64,000 bases of DNA from Leidyana gryllorum EB-2025a (Eukaryota > Protista > Apicomplexa): assembly GCA_048772705.1 (NCBI GenBank), contig JBLWGC010000202.1, positions 248,001-312,000 of the forward strand. Direction: 5' to 3'. Numbering within the stretch: the first letter of the stretch is position 1; the number at the start of each line of letters is the position of its first letter. Below are positions 34,832 to 47,186 of this stretch, piece after piece. The notes under the pieces are model-generated. The model had not been told where the DNA came from, searched no databases, and was given only the letters and a program-made list of their open reading frames with translations. The translations under genes were made by a program, and so were the position numbers.

Positions 34832-37600
34832 TCATGAGGGTTCTATCCATTCGACTCCATTATTGAAAAGGTTGCTGGAGCTGTGATGTGGTACCAAGAT
34901 AGTGCTCACTTCACAGCGTCCAGGGAACCCATTGTACTCACTTAAATACCATCCCATCTCGGCTACCTCGGGGGCCGGTGGAGGCGTGGCCCCTTGGTTC
35001 TCATAGGCCCAGTGAGGTCCGATCGCCAATCGTCCGCGATCTTTCTGATGCCAAATCCACCAGCTGGTGGGGCTGACGACCGCGCTCTCGGTAGTCTGCA
35101 TGAGTGGGAAGCCCACATTGGTGATTCGGTAGGCCTCAAGGCTGCGATACCAAACGGCGAACTGCTCTAATTGTGGTCTGGGTAGTAGTCCCAGAGGGGT
35201 GTATACATCAACATGTCGTCTGCTGATTCTCTGAGCTTGATGATGATACCTGCTGAGTGCGAGGAGGGAGACGTTGCCCTTCATGAGGCCCACCATGGCC
35301 CCCCGCAACCATACGTCTGGGAAGTAGGAGACGTAGGTGAAGGTGATTTTGAGCTTGAGTCCAGTCGCATTCAAAGCGTCCAGCCAGAATTCGATGGCTT
35401 TGAGAATGGTAAGAGGTCCGGCGACGCAATCGACAACGATATCTGTGATCTCTTGCCGTTCGATGAGTCCGTGAAGTTGGCAGTGTCGTGAATTATCGGC
35501 GAGCATACTGAAGGAGAGTCCGCGCAGTATGCGAACGGTGGGATTCCAGAGGACATGACGATTTGTATAGGGTACGAGTTCGTCGACTTCGAGCCAGGCG
35601 GCCAGATCTAACTCTGCGGTTTGAACACTTCGCTGCCGTATAGCCCAGGCCACAAGCTCGGGGTCTGATGACTCTATCAATGCTAAGTGTCTGAGTTTGG
35701 GCAGATTGGCGATAGTTGGTGTGCTGACCACTCTGGTGAGTTTCAGAATCTCGATGGAGGGCTGGCAGAGTTGAGAGATGAATTTGAGCCAAGAAGGTCT
35801 CAACTGCGGATGTTCGGTGACATAGTTGGTGCATTCTTCCTCCCAGCCGATCAGAGGGAGTACGAATATGTGTGGACACATATTCAGAATGCTGGGGGCT
35901 TGTGTGATCGTTTGGATCATTCCCTCGCTGGCAACCCCGACGAAAGGCGGTCCCAAACGAGCAAATATATGCTTTATATCTGATGGACAATTTTCAATAT
36001 CCCGATGGTAAAGGTACTCCAGGAATCGGTGGTGCCTAAGAGCGACCACCGAAGGTATCTCTTCCCACCCATCGCGAGCACAGAGCCAACTGTCGTTACC
36101 CCCGGTCGCGAGATCCTCCCACAAAGCCTCAAAGTAGGGGTCACTCTCCCGGAACCCGTATCTTCCCAACATTGGAATATCGCCCCAGAAGAGCGCTTCG
36201 GGTCCCCTCAGTCGCAGCTCCAGAGCTAAGGTGCTGGATTCGAACTCGTCCATCTCCTCGGCCAGTATCACCAAATGGCGTAGATGTGTGTGTGACTCAC
36301 TCTTCTGCGGCCCATTGTTCGTCCAATGCGGGTAACAGTCACACTTGCCGTCTATGCCCACCGTGTTGATCAGGACGACATGACACTTGGGATGTCCCAT
36401 GACAATGCGTGTGGCAGGTGGTGGTGCGTTCAGTTCGGCCAGCCCAGAACACAAGGCACTCCACAGGGGCGGAGGCATAGGCCTTTCGAGATACAACGTG
36501 TGGGCTGTCTTGACACTTCGCTTGGCGGCCGCAAGGAACCACTCTTGTGCGCTCAGTGCGGGGAGGTACCATGATGTTCCAGCACGGTCTAAGAGCAAAG
36601 AGTGCCAGACAAAGTACGATTCTAAGGCTCTGTGAACACTTTTATTCAATTTCCGGTATCGTGCCAATTCTGGAATGGTCAAAAATGCTAAGATCTCACA
36701 CAAAAGCAGAGGTAATGAGCCTGAGAAAAGTTGTTTCTGAGCGCTCACTCTCGGTGCTGCTGTCGTTGAGGTCTCCTTGTGTGGCAATTTTGTCGTCTTT
36801 GGTCGAGGTGGTGGCAGGGCATATCCCCTGCTGACCACAGGCTTCGTTTTGAATACTGGTGTGGCAAAGCTCTCGATTGAGATGGGCGATTGCGCTCTTT
36901 TGGGCGACGCTCTGACCGCCGACGGATGAGGAGGCATCGCGTCTCGCTGCAGCAAAGCTTCATATCTTTCATGGGTCAGTTTCTGACCCCCGGAGATCAG
37001 ATCTTCTGCTTCTCCCACACTCTTTATTCCCTTCGACTTTTGGGAACCCGATGGCAAAGGACTATTTGGCGACAACGGCTGGGGTCGACTGCGCTTCGAA
37101 TATGCATTGGGCGGGACCAGCAATCGGTCGTCAATGTTGGGAAAGAATCGCACTGGAGCTTTATTTGGAGGCATTGTGACAATTATACATGGCAGACTTT
37201 GCTGTAACCCCGTCACTCCCACCCCCCCCTTCACTCGGACCTCAGTCAGGCGTCTGTTTCCATCACTGGTCTCCTCCACGCTTCGGACACCGGACACCGA
37301 GGGGTGCTGTCGACGCGAACTCCTCTCCACGAGCGCTGGTTGCGATTTGGGCCCAACACTCGTCACTAACTGGTGGTCGTCGTCGTCGCGTATCTCGATC
37401 ACAGAGTCTGTCGTGGACTCCGTCTCTGTCAACACCCGCGGCAGGTGACGTTTCACCAGGTGCCTCGAAGCTTCGGCAGCCATTGGCTTTGGTGTTGACC
37501 AGTTGCTGCTGCTGGTCATCACTCGTCCCGGCTGATGATACACAGAAGTGGCTGGAAACCCGTCAGTCCAATGACGATCAGTGGAAAACACGTTCGGCAA
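34832..37600 (-). CDS. F-box-like/LRR-like protein, subfamily I (~900 aa, intronless)
   Basis: Long ORF with a disordered N-terminus, then LPLLLCEILAFLTIPELARYRKLNK (F-box-like) and NLPKLRHLAL. Paralogous to 42927-44990. The first in-frame ATG is at 37519. Confidence 0.75.
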   Translation of the reverse strand: MPNVFSTDRHWTDGFPATSVYHQPGRVMTSSSNWSTPKPMAAEASRHLVKRHLPRVLTETESTTDSVIEIRDDDDHQLVTSVGPKSQPALVERSSRRQHPSVSGVRSVEETSDGNRRLTEVRVKGGVGVTGLQQSLPCIIVTMPPNKAPVRFFPNIDDRLLVPPNAYSKRSRPQPLSPNSPLPSGSQKSKGIKSVGEAEDLISGGQKLTHERYEALLQRDAMPPHPSAVRASPKRAQSPISIESFATPVFKTKPVVSRGYALPPPRPKTTKLPHKETSTTAAPRVSAQKQLFSGSLPLLLCEILAFLTIPELARYRKLNKSVHRALESYFVWHSLLLDRAGTSWYLPALSAQEWFLAAAKRSVKTAHTLYLERPMPPPLWSALCSGLAELNAPPPATRIVMGHPKCHVVLINTVGIDGKCDCYPHWTNNGPQKSESHTHLRHLVILAEEMDEFESSTLALELRLRGPEALFWGDIPMLGRYGFRESDPYFEALWEDLATGGNDSWLCARDGWEEIPSVVALRHHRFLEYLYHRDIENCPSDIKHIFARLGPPFVGVASEGMIQTITQAPSILNMCPHIFVLPLIGWEEECTNYVTEHPQLRPSWLKFISQLCQPSIEILKLTRVVSTPTIANLPKLRHLALIESSDPELVAWAIRQRSVQTAELDLAAWLEVDELVPYTNRHVLWNPTVRILRGLSFSMLADNSRHCQLHGLIERQEITDIVVDCVAGPLTILKAIEFWLDALNATGLKLKITFTYVSYFPDVWLRGAMVGLMKGNVSLLALSRYHHQAQRISRRHVDVYTPLGLLPRPQLEQFAVWYRSLEAYRITNVGFPLMQTTESAVVSPTSWWIWHQKDRGRLAIGPHWAYENQGATPPPAPEVAEMGWYLSEYNGFPGRCEVSTILVPHHSSSNLFNNGVEWIEPS

Positions 37601-37890
37601 TGCGAGAATTGATGTATTTGGCGGGAATACTCCGCCCGTCTCTCACACAACCTCACTGGATGAATGTGCGGTCCAAAAACACCACAGCCAGCCAGACAAC
37701 AAATCAATCTTCTCCCCTAGCGCTATTCGGCCAATTAATAGGAGGCTGCGGTGCTGTCAACTCGAGGGTCGGTGTCAATCCGCCGATCTACGAAAGAAAA
37801 CTCTTCCCCAGGGTTGACACACTATAAAGAGGACAGTGACACATTAAGAATCAATCCTTCTTATCATTAGCAAAAAAGTGAGTTGCGCCT

Positions 37891-39246
37891 ATGGAGTGTT
37901 CGTCAACGTCGGAGCCCATCGAGCCTCAGCCTCCGGTAGCCGGGGGCGACCTGAGTACTCATGAAGGCGTGTTTTCGGGGGTTGTCAGCACGGAAATGTC
38001 TGCATCACCCCCGAATATGAGCCCGCCTGTACCCTCCCCAGCCGTTCCGCGGGACTTCAAGTCCCTGATGGAACAGCATTTCAAACGGATAACAGATTTG
38101 AGCGAGGAATTGCGCACCTGTGCGGCGCGGGGGGTGCCACACTCGGATCGAAAATCACTCGACGCAGAAATACGCAACCTGCAACGAGGGTATCTGGATG
38201 CCAGCCACCTGCCCGCTCTCATGAGCGAGGTGGCCGACATCAGCCAAACCCATCGATTCCAAGTCCGAGTCTTGAGATTGACTTTGGACAAGGATGTCGT
38301 CCTGAACAACACAGTCAAGCTGGAAGTGACTGAGCCCGTCAAATTTCTTAATCACAGCATCACGTGCAAACATGGACTCGACTTGGGCTGTAAGAAGTCA
38401 ATACACATTGCCTGTCTAGTGCTATCGTAGGAGAAAATCACTCTTCAGTGCGAGGCTTTGTGTAACACCGGCTCAATAATTGCTAAGAACATTCGAGTCA
38501 ACGCGCGTCAGGAGGTTCGGAACCTTGGACCGGCGCTCTTGTTAGCCGAAAATGTCATCATCAGTGCCCAGCACGTACTCAACGGGGCAGACGAGTGCCG
38601 TGAGCTCGCGAACGCAGCCCCCAACTACAGTTTCCCCCGGATAATTGCGGTCGGCAGTGAAAAGCCAATGAGTTTAGAGGTCCGAACAGAGGAATTAATC
38701 CAAGTTGGCGGAGTGTTGGGATCCAAGAATACACTCTCCGTACGTCTTCACCCGCAGGCATTGAAAGGGGTAAAGCTGCGCATATTACAGCGAGGATGGG
38801 TTGTCGCCATGCAAGACATCACCTCCGACGTCGTCGAGATACACTGCCGTGGACTCACCGCCACCAGACCGTACCCCTGGCACCATGCCGCTCAACGGCA
38901 ACCTTCGGCCCACGACTGCTACGAAGAACCTGTAGTGCAAGAGGTGTATAATGTATACGGGGGCGAATACGGCGGCAGGACAGAGACCGACTGGTATGAG
39001 AGCGTCTGTGACTGCGGTTTGATCCCGGAAGAGCACAAACGACGAGGACTCGTGATGCCTGGCGGACGGATCGCGCACAGTTTCCTCATCTTGAGAAGAA
39101 GTTGGCGCACAGGCAAATGGCTGGACACTGTGCCAACGGAACCCAATCGTCTCTGCGGCATCACCAGTATCAATGGCAGCATGGAAACGCTGACGAAGGC
39201 ACGACACGGAAAGGAGAAGGCAACAGTCTCCGACCACTACGGTTGA
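37891..39246 (+). CDS. Filamentous-haemagglutinin/CdiA-like beta-helix-repeat protein with a single in-frame TAG (38428-38430)
   Basis: ORFs 37891-38430 and 38458-39246 share one frame. Repeats ITLQCEALCNTGSIIAKNIRVNARQEVRNLGPALLLAENVIISAQHVLN resemble FHA-type LxNxGxIxA repeats. Confidence 0.55.
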
Positions 39247-41249
39247 GAACCGATATGCGAGGCCTAAAGCTAAAAATTCGGCACGACTGAACGTCGGTCA
39301 CATGCCTCAGCTTAGTACGTGGATTGAACGGACTCCGCGTACAAGAATGGCTACACAGCCGAGGGACGCTTGAGGGGAAGGCATGTTGAGAGAAATCGTC
39401 TAACGTATAAAAAGGTGTTAAGATTAGATGTATATGATGAACATGCGTTAGAGAGTAACTCATTCAGGTTAGAGACAAGAGCTAAGTAGATCCAGTCAAC
39501 ATCCTTGGATGCGGGGTTTTCCGCACTTCAACGATTTTGATTGTAGTTATTCGGTTTTCGCAACCATCACTGTTTCTCCTCAAACTAGTGATACAAAAAA
39601 TTGAACACACAGAAGTGGCGAAATGGGCCGTGGACTAGTCGTTTGCATCCCGTTCAAAACTCCTCCGGAAGTGGGGCACGGGTCTTATCATTGGGGTCGG
39701 CGGCTCCTCCGTCTCTGGGAGCACCAGTTCACCAATGGTGAATGTGGACCGCTCCCGCGCGAAGAGGCTTCCGTCGCCTCCGCTTCCGGAGCTAACAGCC
39801 TCGGCACCATCGCTTTACCCGCGAGGGTAAGCAGCAGAGGAAGTAGGCCACCACCCTGGCACGGTGAAGTTGGCCGTGAGATACCTCCTCACGCTTACTC
39901 GCAGGCTCCGGCTTGCGCGTGAAGAACTTTTTGTTAGTGAACCTTCGAGATAGCGCTCTTCATAGAAGATTGCACCAAAACTCAGATTCACTCGATTAAC
40001 CTTCAATTGTTCTTCAGTAAACGCTCGGACTTGGGAGCGTCAGTAACGATTTGCCAATCGCCCAGAGACTCATCCGTCTTCATCGCGCTCTCTGCAGAGG
40101 GAGTGTGGCAGAAGGGGGGATGTTCCGCAATATCTTCAACTCGACGCTGAGCGCATTGTAGAAATTCCGAGCTTCAAAAAATATTCTCCCTTTTGAGTCA
40201 CTGTCGTTAGGTCGCCTGAACTTATCAGTTCCGGTCCCTTTTTAGATCTTCATTCCATTCGCCCACGAAAGACTCGACGAATGATGGATGTCTCTACACA
40301 CCTTCCGTATCGTAAGCCAGCCGCCGCCACCACCGCCTGATGAAGGCGACTAGACACATAGGCCCTTTGTTTAGCCAAAGTGTGGTCTTCAACAAAAGTT
40401 GACGGGTCACATCATCAGCCTACGGATACGGAACGCAATTTTGACAACCGGTCGAAGTGTTGTGACGTCACTCCGATCTCTCACCTAAGCACATCCAAAG
40501 GATGTGGAGCGTTGAGCTCGATGTCGGCCGACTTGATGTTGCGGAACAGCGGAGTGTATGGTGTCGTACGTGTCAGGAAAGGAAAGCTGTAAAGTCATAA
40601 ACATCCAGCCAATAGCTACAAACAGTATATTCGAGATGGTTGTGAAGTCGCGATCCATCATAGGCGATGCGAGATACGGTTGGTCAAATTCGGCCTTGTT
40701 GGGACAGTGTATACTCACTCAGTCGGTCCAAAAAGTACACAACGTTGCGACATGGCGTGCTCTGGTCCATGGATTTGTTACATCGGACAATAATTCTTAG
40801 CGTTCCATCATTAGGGCAGAACCCAATACACAACAAGAACGATGGGAGCATTGTAGGAAGCCAACTAGTCCGACGCAGAGAGGCCTTACCGCCTCTGTGC
40901 CACTTTGGAGTGCCACACGGACGCTACGCCGCTCTCGGAGGCAGCTAGGCTCGAAGGGATGCCACGCACACACAGACGTGAACTCGGCGTTTTCGTTGTG
41001 TGCCAAATAGACCTCATGACTGCTACTCGCTCAGCTTCCCGCGTTTCATTGGAGACCCGGTCCGTAGACTGGAACGTGAACGGGGTGTGGCAATTCACTC
41101 ACCGAACATCGTCCGCCTCATCTAACACGTTGCTCTTGTGCTGTCCAGTGGTGCACGCTGGGGGTTGAGGTCGGCTGGGCTTCGGCGGCTTCTGGTCTTT
41201 CAAGGGACCCTCTGTCGTTGTGGCGATCGATGAAGTGCAGGAACGCCTG

Positions 41250-42620
41250 ACACACTGCGTTCCATCGTCTGTCCCGACCAGATGTACAGCACTCCAGTCT
41301 GCTGTAATGCTTGCGCCTCGAGGCTGATCCAAAATAAACACGGCTCGATGGTCCCGCCTAATGATGGCACTCCCACGTTTGTAGAAAATTCTTGGCTGTG
41401 GCCCTGTCGCGTACAGCTACTGTTTCGCTCACGTCCAGACAGTGCCAATCGGAGTCGGAATGCCGTTATCTTGCCGCCCTCGGCACACCGTCGACAGGGT
41501 CTCTCGCTATGCTATGAAATTGGCGGGCGCTGGTATGGACGTTTGGACCTTCTACGTTCCCTACGGCTTTGCGGCGGGTTCAGATCTGGCGCTATGCCTT
41601 CACGCCCAACGGAATGACTCACCGAAGGCGATGACTTCCGATGGAGAGGTTCCAAATCTAATACTTCGGTGTCACCGGAAGCTCCGAGCATCGCGAAGTT
41701 GGCTGGCTGGCTTTTGGATAAGCACTCTATTTTGCGACCGAGAGGCTTTCGGGTCCGTTTCGACATTCAATCTGCACTGCTGCTGCAGTATCCGTGCCTC
41801 AGGTACAATTGAATCTCGTCTCGGGTGTCTATACCGATGCCACTCACGGAGCTGTGCTGACATACATAGTGTTTGTCCCGAGAGATCGGTCTGTGCCTGA
41901 AGGCTCAGGCTGCCGGCGAGCCGGAACAAAGGAGAGAGCTGCGAGAAAGAAGTGTCACTTTGTCGCAACCCTTCTTTCAAATACTCGTTACTACAGCGGT
42001 CCAAAGGTCTGTGGCAGTCAGTGATACCCTAAAATGTTGGATTGGGCATCAGGAGATGCTCACACGCTATTTGCACAATCGGTGATGTTACCGGCTGTCT
42101 GTTCCCCAGCAATATACTAAGAGGTTTTCCCTCAAAGGCAGAAGATGTCCAGGGCCCCCGAACACTGCCTTCGGGGCTTTTACATTGTACGAGTCAGTTT
42201 GTGGTCAAGCTGGAAACAACCTTTATAGGGTTTCCAAGTCGACGGCCATTACGCTCATCGCTGTAGACAGAGTGGCAGTCCGTCTTTATGAGCTGTACGA
42301 TTGGATCAAATTACGACAACGACGTCAAGTGTAGTCAAAAGTAATGCAAATTTTCACCACATTGGACTCCCGGAAGCGGGAACACCGGACAGTCGACCGT
42401 GAAGTTCTGAGCTCTGATGGATTCAATCGCCAATCAGCGATGGAAATGGTTGCTGCCCCAAACTGCCTTAGAGTACTGCGTTGACGAGGCTCGAAACCTC
42501 AATACGTCAAATACGGCGATTCTTGGCTCTATACAAAGTCAGCTCACATCTCTGGTTGCGTCATATTTGCACAAGAGCTGCAAGGCATCTATTCAAAAGG
42601 ACGTGCGTGTGTGCCGGCGG
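41250..42620 (+). pseudogene. Decayed paralogue of the F-box-like subfamily II gene at 45.5-47.5 kb
   Basis: Clear nucleotide similarity from ~41590 (GCTATGCCTTCAC, GGGTCCGTTTCG, ACCGATGCCACTC, GAGCTGCGAGAAAGAAGT, TTGACGAGGC) to 46446-47520, with many frameshifts. The left boundary is approximate. Confidence 0.8.
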
Positions 42621-42926
42621 TAGGTCGCAAAGTGCGTACGGTAAAAATCCTTATGCCCCAAAGGTGTGCAGGCCGGGTACTAAACTGCGCAAAACACCTT
42701 ATCATTCACTATACCGGCCAATATTGATGTCAGCACTAAGTGCGTGCGCGTGTGCGAGACACACGGCCACACAGGGCGCGAGCTACAGCGGGCCCCCCAT
42801 AGTGGTGTCTGGGACTTTGTACACCACTTTAGGGGTTCGACGCACTCGTGTGAACAGGGTCAAGAGAATAGATTGGACCCTTTTCCCGCGCCATTGGCAC
42901 TTCATTGGATTGCAGTTGACTTGAGG

Positions 42927-44990
42927 ATGTCCTTCTGTTGCACACCAAATGTGATCCCATTACTGTTGCGGTATTTGTTTCCGGAAAGCTCTGCGCCCCC
43001 ACAAAACAGCACTTTCCGCACCCCGCTGCTTTTACCCAACCCAAACAAATGCCCCAGCCCTAGCAGTGAGGATACAGTGGACGATGGGGTGGACACCCGG
43101 TCCACAGGTGAAGGGATTGACGAAAGCTCCTCCGCGTTTGCCTCCGCTGAATGGAATCGCAATTGGCATTTGAGTCGAAGTGACCCGATTCAAGGATTGG
43201 TGTACCAATTTCTAGATCTGTGGGAGCTGGCGAAAGCGCGTCAAATCAGCACTGCACATCGAGAGTACATCGACCAGCGCCACATAGCGGACTACCTGAT
43301 CTTAGACGAAACAACTATGGGCTGGTGTTGGGATGTCTTATCAAATCAAGATTGGTTCATACAGCTCTTGAAACGTTCGATACGCCACGCACATTGTATA
43401 ATAGTGAATCCGAATCCCCAGAGGTTACTGCACCAATACTTCGAGGCAGGCGACCATGGGAGCAGCCCTGGATCACGTCCAAACTCCCGCCACTCTGCTC
43501 CCACGCTGACCAGTTGCACCGGTACCAAATTCCAGCGCGAGCGCATTCTACGAGTGATCGCAGACTTTGTCAATGGAGAAGACGAGGTGCCGCATGGGGA
43601 TTTCATATTTGCGTTCCATGAAAGCTCTTTCAGGGAAGAAGGCGGACGCTACCTGATATTGCGTGGGAAAGAGACCTTTGGTCGCTTTGATGGACTGCTG
43701 GTGGACAAGCGGGACACTTTGCGCTCCAGCGATCGGTTATCATTTGGCGCCCGACAAGCCTGGAGCGGTTTGATGCGGAAGATGGTTACGGACCGACCAG
43801 ATACTCTGTCGAATCGGATTGTCAAGCAGATGTTCTTTCGAGCGTTGGGTGGGGAGCTTGAAGCCAGGTTTTCGGAGTATTTGGTGAGCGATCGCGAAGT
43901 CTTCCAGAAGGTCAATTCCCGACAAGTCCTCAATGTACCCCAGTACATCTTCACTGAGGTACTGCAACGCAGTCACTTTGCCCGCTTAATGCAACGTTCA
44001 GCTGCATTTATTGAGTTGACGTCAGATTTGCCTGGATACCGACGGCTAAGGCCGCGGCACCCTCTTTTGAGTTGTCCAGACTTACTCTGTCTCCCCATGG
44101 TGGAGGCTCGAGCAATCACGACGCCTGGGCGGCTGGAAGACGACTGGTTCTATCTCACAGATGAGGTTGACGACTCCGATTCTAGTGCCATTCCGTCTAC
44201 CATTTCGCATCTTTGCATTGATGGGCGAATCCGCCCCGTCGACTTGACAACGTCACTACAATGTGAATCATTACGGCATCTGGTCCTGCTTGGCAACCCA
44301 ACAGCTCCACAGGTCCGTCAACTGATGAGTTCGCTCGCGACCCAGGAGCGAGGGGAATCATGCTGTCTCGGTATGGACAAGGCCACCTGTTTGTCCTACC
44401 TGCCACTGCTTGGCACCTGCCGTCGGACAAGTGAGTCGCACTGGCGAAGGGTGTTGTATGTGACCAAATTGACTCGTGATCTGAGTGGTCTGGTGATGAA
44501 TGCCGGTATCAGCACTTTGGTTATCGACGATATCGCAACGCCGGAGAACATTGACGGCGCTATATCTATCCACAATGACGTTCTGGACAGTGGCTACAAG
44601 CCGATGCAGATACTGTTCACTCATTTGCCCTATTTGACCCCAGACTATTTGGGAAGATTACGGGACCTGCTCATTGGCTCGTTATTCCCTTTGTTTCCTG
44701 GAGGCGATCGGGTCAGTGGGTGTGTACCTTTCGGACTATTACAGCGCCGTGAGCAGTTTGACAGGTTCATCGCGGAGTGGCAGAGGTTGACCGCGTTGGT
44801 TCGGCCGGGTACAATTGTGTGGGCTCCATCCACGAGGCGGGTTGCAACAGTGGCATTGTATTCGTCATGGCTACTCCAACATGTGAAAGAGCGCACGCTT
44901 GAGACGCTGGGCGCGAATCTTGGATATTTGAGCCGACATCCAGTGGTGGATCTTGCAGAGTTGCTCACCTTGCGGAGAAGGCATCCTTAA
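42927..44990 (+). CDS. F-box-like/LRR-like protein, subfamily I (~690 aa, intronless)
   Basis: VYQFLDLWELAKARQIS...YLILDETTMGWCWDVLSNQDWFIQLLKRSIRHAH aligns with ILAFLTIPELARYRKLN...SLLLDRAGTSWYLPALSAQEWFLAAAKRSVKTAH of 34832-37600. The two also share LRHLV/AL and PxGLL...EQFxxxY/WxxL. Confidence 0.78.
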   Translation: MSFCCTPNVIPLLLRYLFPESSAPPQNSTFRTPLLLPNPNKCPSPSSEDTVDDGVDTRSTGEGIDESSSAFASAEWNRNWHLSRSDPIQGLVYQFLDLWELAKARQISTAHREYIDQRHIADYLILDETTMGWCWDVLSNQDWFIQLLKRSIRHAHCIIVNPNPQRLLHQYFEAGDHGSSPGSRPNSRHSAPTLTSCTGTKFQRERILRVIADFVNGEDEVPHGDFIFAFHESSFREEGGRYLILRGKETFGRFDGLLVDKRDTLRSSDRLSFGARQAWSGLMRKMVTDRPDTLSNRIVKQMFFRALGGELEARFSEYLVSDREVFQKVNSRQVLNVPQYIFTEVLQRSHFARLMQRSAAFIELTSDLPGYRRLRPRHPLLSCPDLLCLPMVEARAITTPGRLEDDWFYLTDEVDDSDSSAIPSTISHLCIDGRIRPVDLTTSLQCESLRHLVLLGNPTAPQVRQLMSSLATQERGESCCLGMDKATCLSYLPLLGTCRRTSESHWRRVLYVTKLTRDLSGLVMNAGISTLVIDDIATPENIDGAISIHNDVLDSGYKPMQILFTHLPYLTPDYLGRLRDLLIGSLFPLFPGGDRVSGCVPFGLLQRREQFDRFIAEWQRLTALVRPGTIVWAPSTRRVATVALYSSWLLQHVKERTLETLGANLGYLSRHPVVDLAELLTLRRRHP

Positions 44991-45539
44991 TTCATCATTG
45001 GACGTTTACGTGTGTGACCACAGCCGTTGGTCGTGTGCCTCTCCATATTCTATCATATTCATGCTTTATTTGCTAACAGTTCAAGTATGTTTTTGCTTTG
45101 AACCAGTACGACTCTTTTCAGAGTTAAGGACAATTCAATATTGGGTTCGCTGTGCTGGCCAGCACTGAACAGTACTCCGAAGGTTTTCATCGAGCCCGCC
45201 TGGGGCCCGAAATGAAGGTCCAAAGACTTTTGGGGACGGAGATGGTAGTGTAAGCTGATTTCAAATTTCAGGGTCTCCGTGGTCGCGGCTGCGAGTACAG
45301 AATGAATGGTATCCGAAGGCAGACGTCACGGCGAGAGGTCTCGCGTAAACGAGCACTACAGACCACGCCCGGCGCGACCGCACCGCGCGGACGCGCGCAG
45401 CTCCGGGGCACCTGTATTGTCGCGTCGCGGCAGTCCAACATTGATTGTGGACCAACTTTTGATTGCGTGTTGTTTGATTCGAACACCTTCTCTTGGCGAG
45501 TATGTATGCCAAGATATGGAGGCTAAAAGTTGCTGAGCG

Positions 45540-47186
45540 GTTTGGGAAAGAGACCACAATGTCCCAAGGGTCGCTCCGAAGTTGGAATGTTTAGGCGTCA
45601 ACAGAGACCAACTTCCTTTCATTCGTCACGATTTGGCGGTGGAGCTCCATAGGGCTGTGGGTGACGGCCGCAACGACCTGATTGTGTAGGTGACAAAGCC
45701 ACACTTCAGGCGCTGGGTCTTCGAACTTGACGCCGCCGCCGCCTCCGTGGCAAACGGAGGGTGGCAGACATCGCCGTGTCTGGTGCAAGAGTTACCCGAG
45801 GCGCAGGATTGGGCGAGCGATTCAGTGGAGTTCCGTATCGGAGTCACACACACGTGGCCAAAGTGCGCGAGGTGAGGCTTCCTGGAAGCACTGACTTACA
45901 TTTCATTCAGAGGGTCACAAAGGTTCTGGGAGTACCTTAGACGAGAATGGAGCGATCGGGAGCGCCGTATGCATCCTCTGTGTCGCACTTTCCTGCGGAA
46001 TCCGCTGTTTGTGCCACAGATACATTCACAACGGCTTGTGAACGAGACTCAAGAAGATGGCACTGTGCTGCGGCGCGTCTACTCGAACCTCGGATGGTTT
46101 CGGTTGGCCCGAACAAAGGATTTGGATTCACCACCTCTCCGGTGGAGCGCACTCCCACTGACCGAACCTCCCGCTGCGTACCCTCCTCCGTACTTTGGGT
46201 CGATGAGTGACAACACACTTTATCTGAGCGCAACCGGCATCAACCATCCAGTGGAGTGGTCAGAGGTTACACGGGTTCTCTATGTCAACAACAACTCCAC
46301 TCCAATTTTGACCGAAAACGTACTCGAAGCTCTGCCCCTTCAGAACCTGAAGCGTATCGAATGACCTCTGGAGGGATGGGCGCTCCTTGAAGGACTGTGT
46401 GAGAACGCGACCCCCGCCCGATGGCCCCCCGATTGTGTCCGAGTGCTATGCCTTCACACCCAACGGGATGCCTCAGCGGAAGCGATGCGACGTTTGATTG
46501 AGAGGTGTCAAATTCAATATGTCGGTGTCACCGGAGTCCCTTTGAAGATTGCGAAGTTGGTGGACTGGTTTTTGGTTGGGCACTCCATTTGGCGACGGAG
46601 AGGCGTTCGGGTCCGTTTCGGCCTCCAGGCTGCAGCCCTTTTGCACTATCCGTGGCCTAAGGTCCAATTGGAACTTGTTTCGGGACTCTACACCGATGCC
46701 ACTCTCCAGGCTGTCCTGAAATACATCCGATGTTCTGCTGTAGAGAGCGGTCTGTGCCTGAGGGCTCAGGCTGCCGACCATCCAGAACAATGGACAGAGC
46801 TGCGAGAAAGAAGTATTCAGGCTGAGTCAACTCTTCCCTCAAAATCTTATTACTACAGCCTTCCAAAGGCCTTCGTCAATGAGTGGTACGCTAAAATGTT
46901 GGAGGGGACGCTGCGAGAGGCTCAGACTTCCGTCGGCGGACTGTTCGACCGCATCGCCCATTTTTACACAGACGATTGGTGGTTCGGGCGCGCGTTGTTG
47001 AATCAGCGCTACAGAGAATTGGAGTATTTGGACCTTCGGGTGAGGTTACCGTCTGTCTGTCCCGCGTCGCTGTACCAGGAGGTCTTCCCCCAAAGAGAGA
47101 AGAGTTCCCGAGCTTCCAGAATACTGTCTGCGAGGCTTTTACATTGTGCGAGTCATCTGTGGTCAAAATGGAAACGACCTTGTTGA
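45540..47186 (+). pseudogene. F-box-like subfamily II copy A: 5' end unrecognisable, in-frame stops but no frameshifts
   Basis: One frame from APKLECL to the C-terminus, with intron 45872-45910 (GTGAGG...CTGAC...TTCAG) and in-frame TAG 45687 and TGA 46362. Family motifs GWFRLA, VGHSIW, RVRFGLQA and PWPKVQLELVSGLYTDATL. Confidence 0.72.

Noticed and set aside
42790-42850. tRNA-like GGTTCGA next to an 8-bp hairpin (AGTGGTGT/ACACCACT)
   Set aside because: No T-stem or acceptor-stem pairing; not a cloverleaf.
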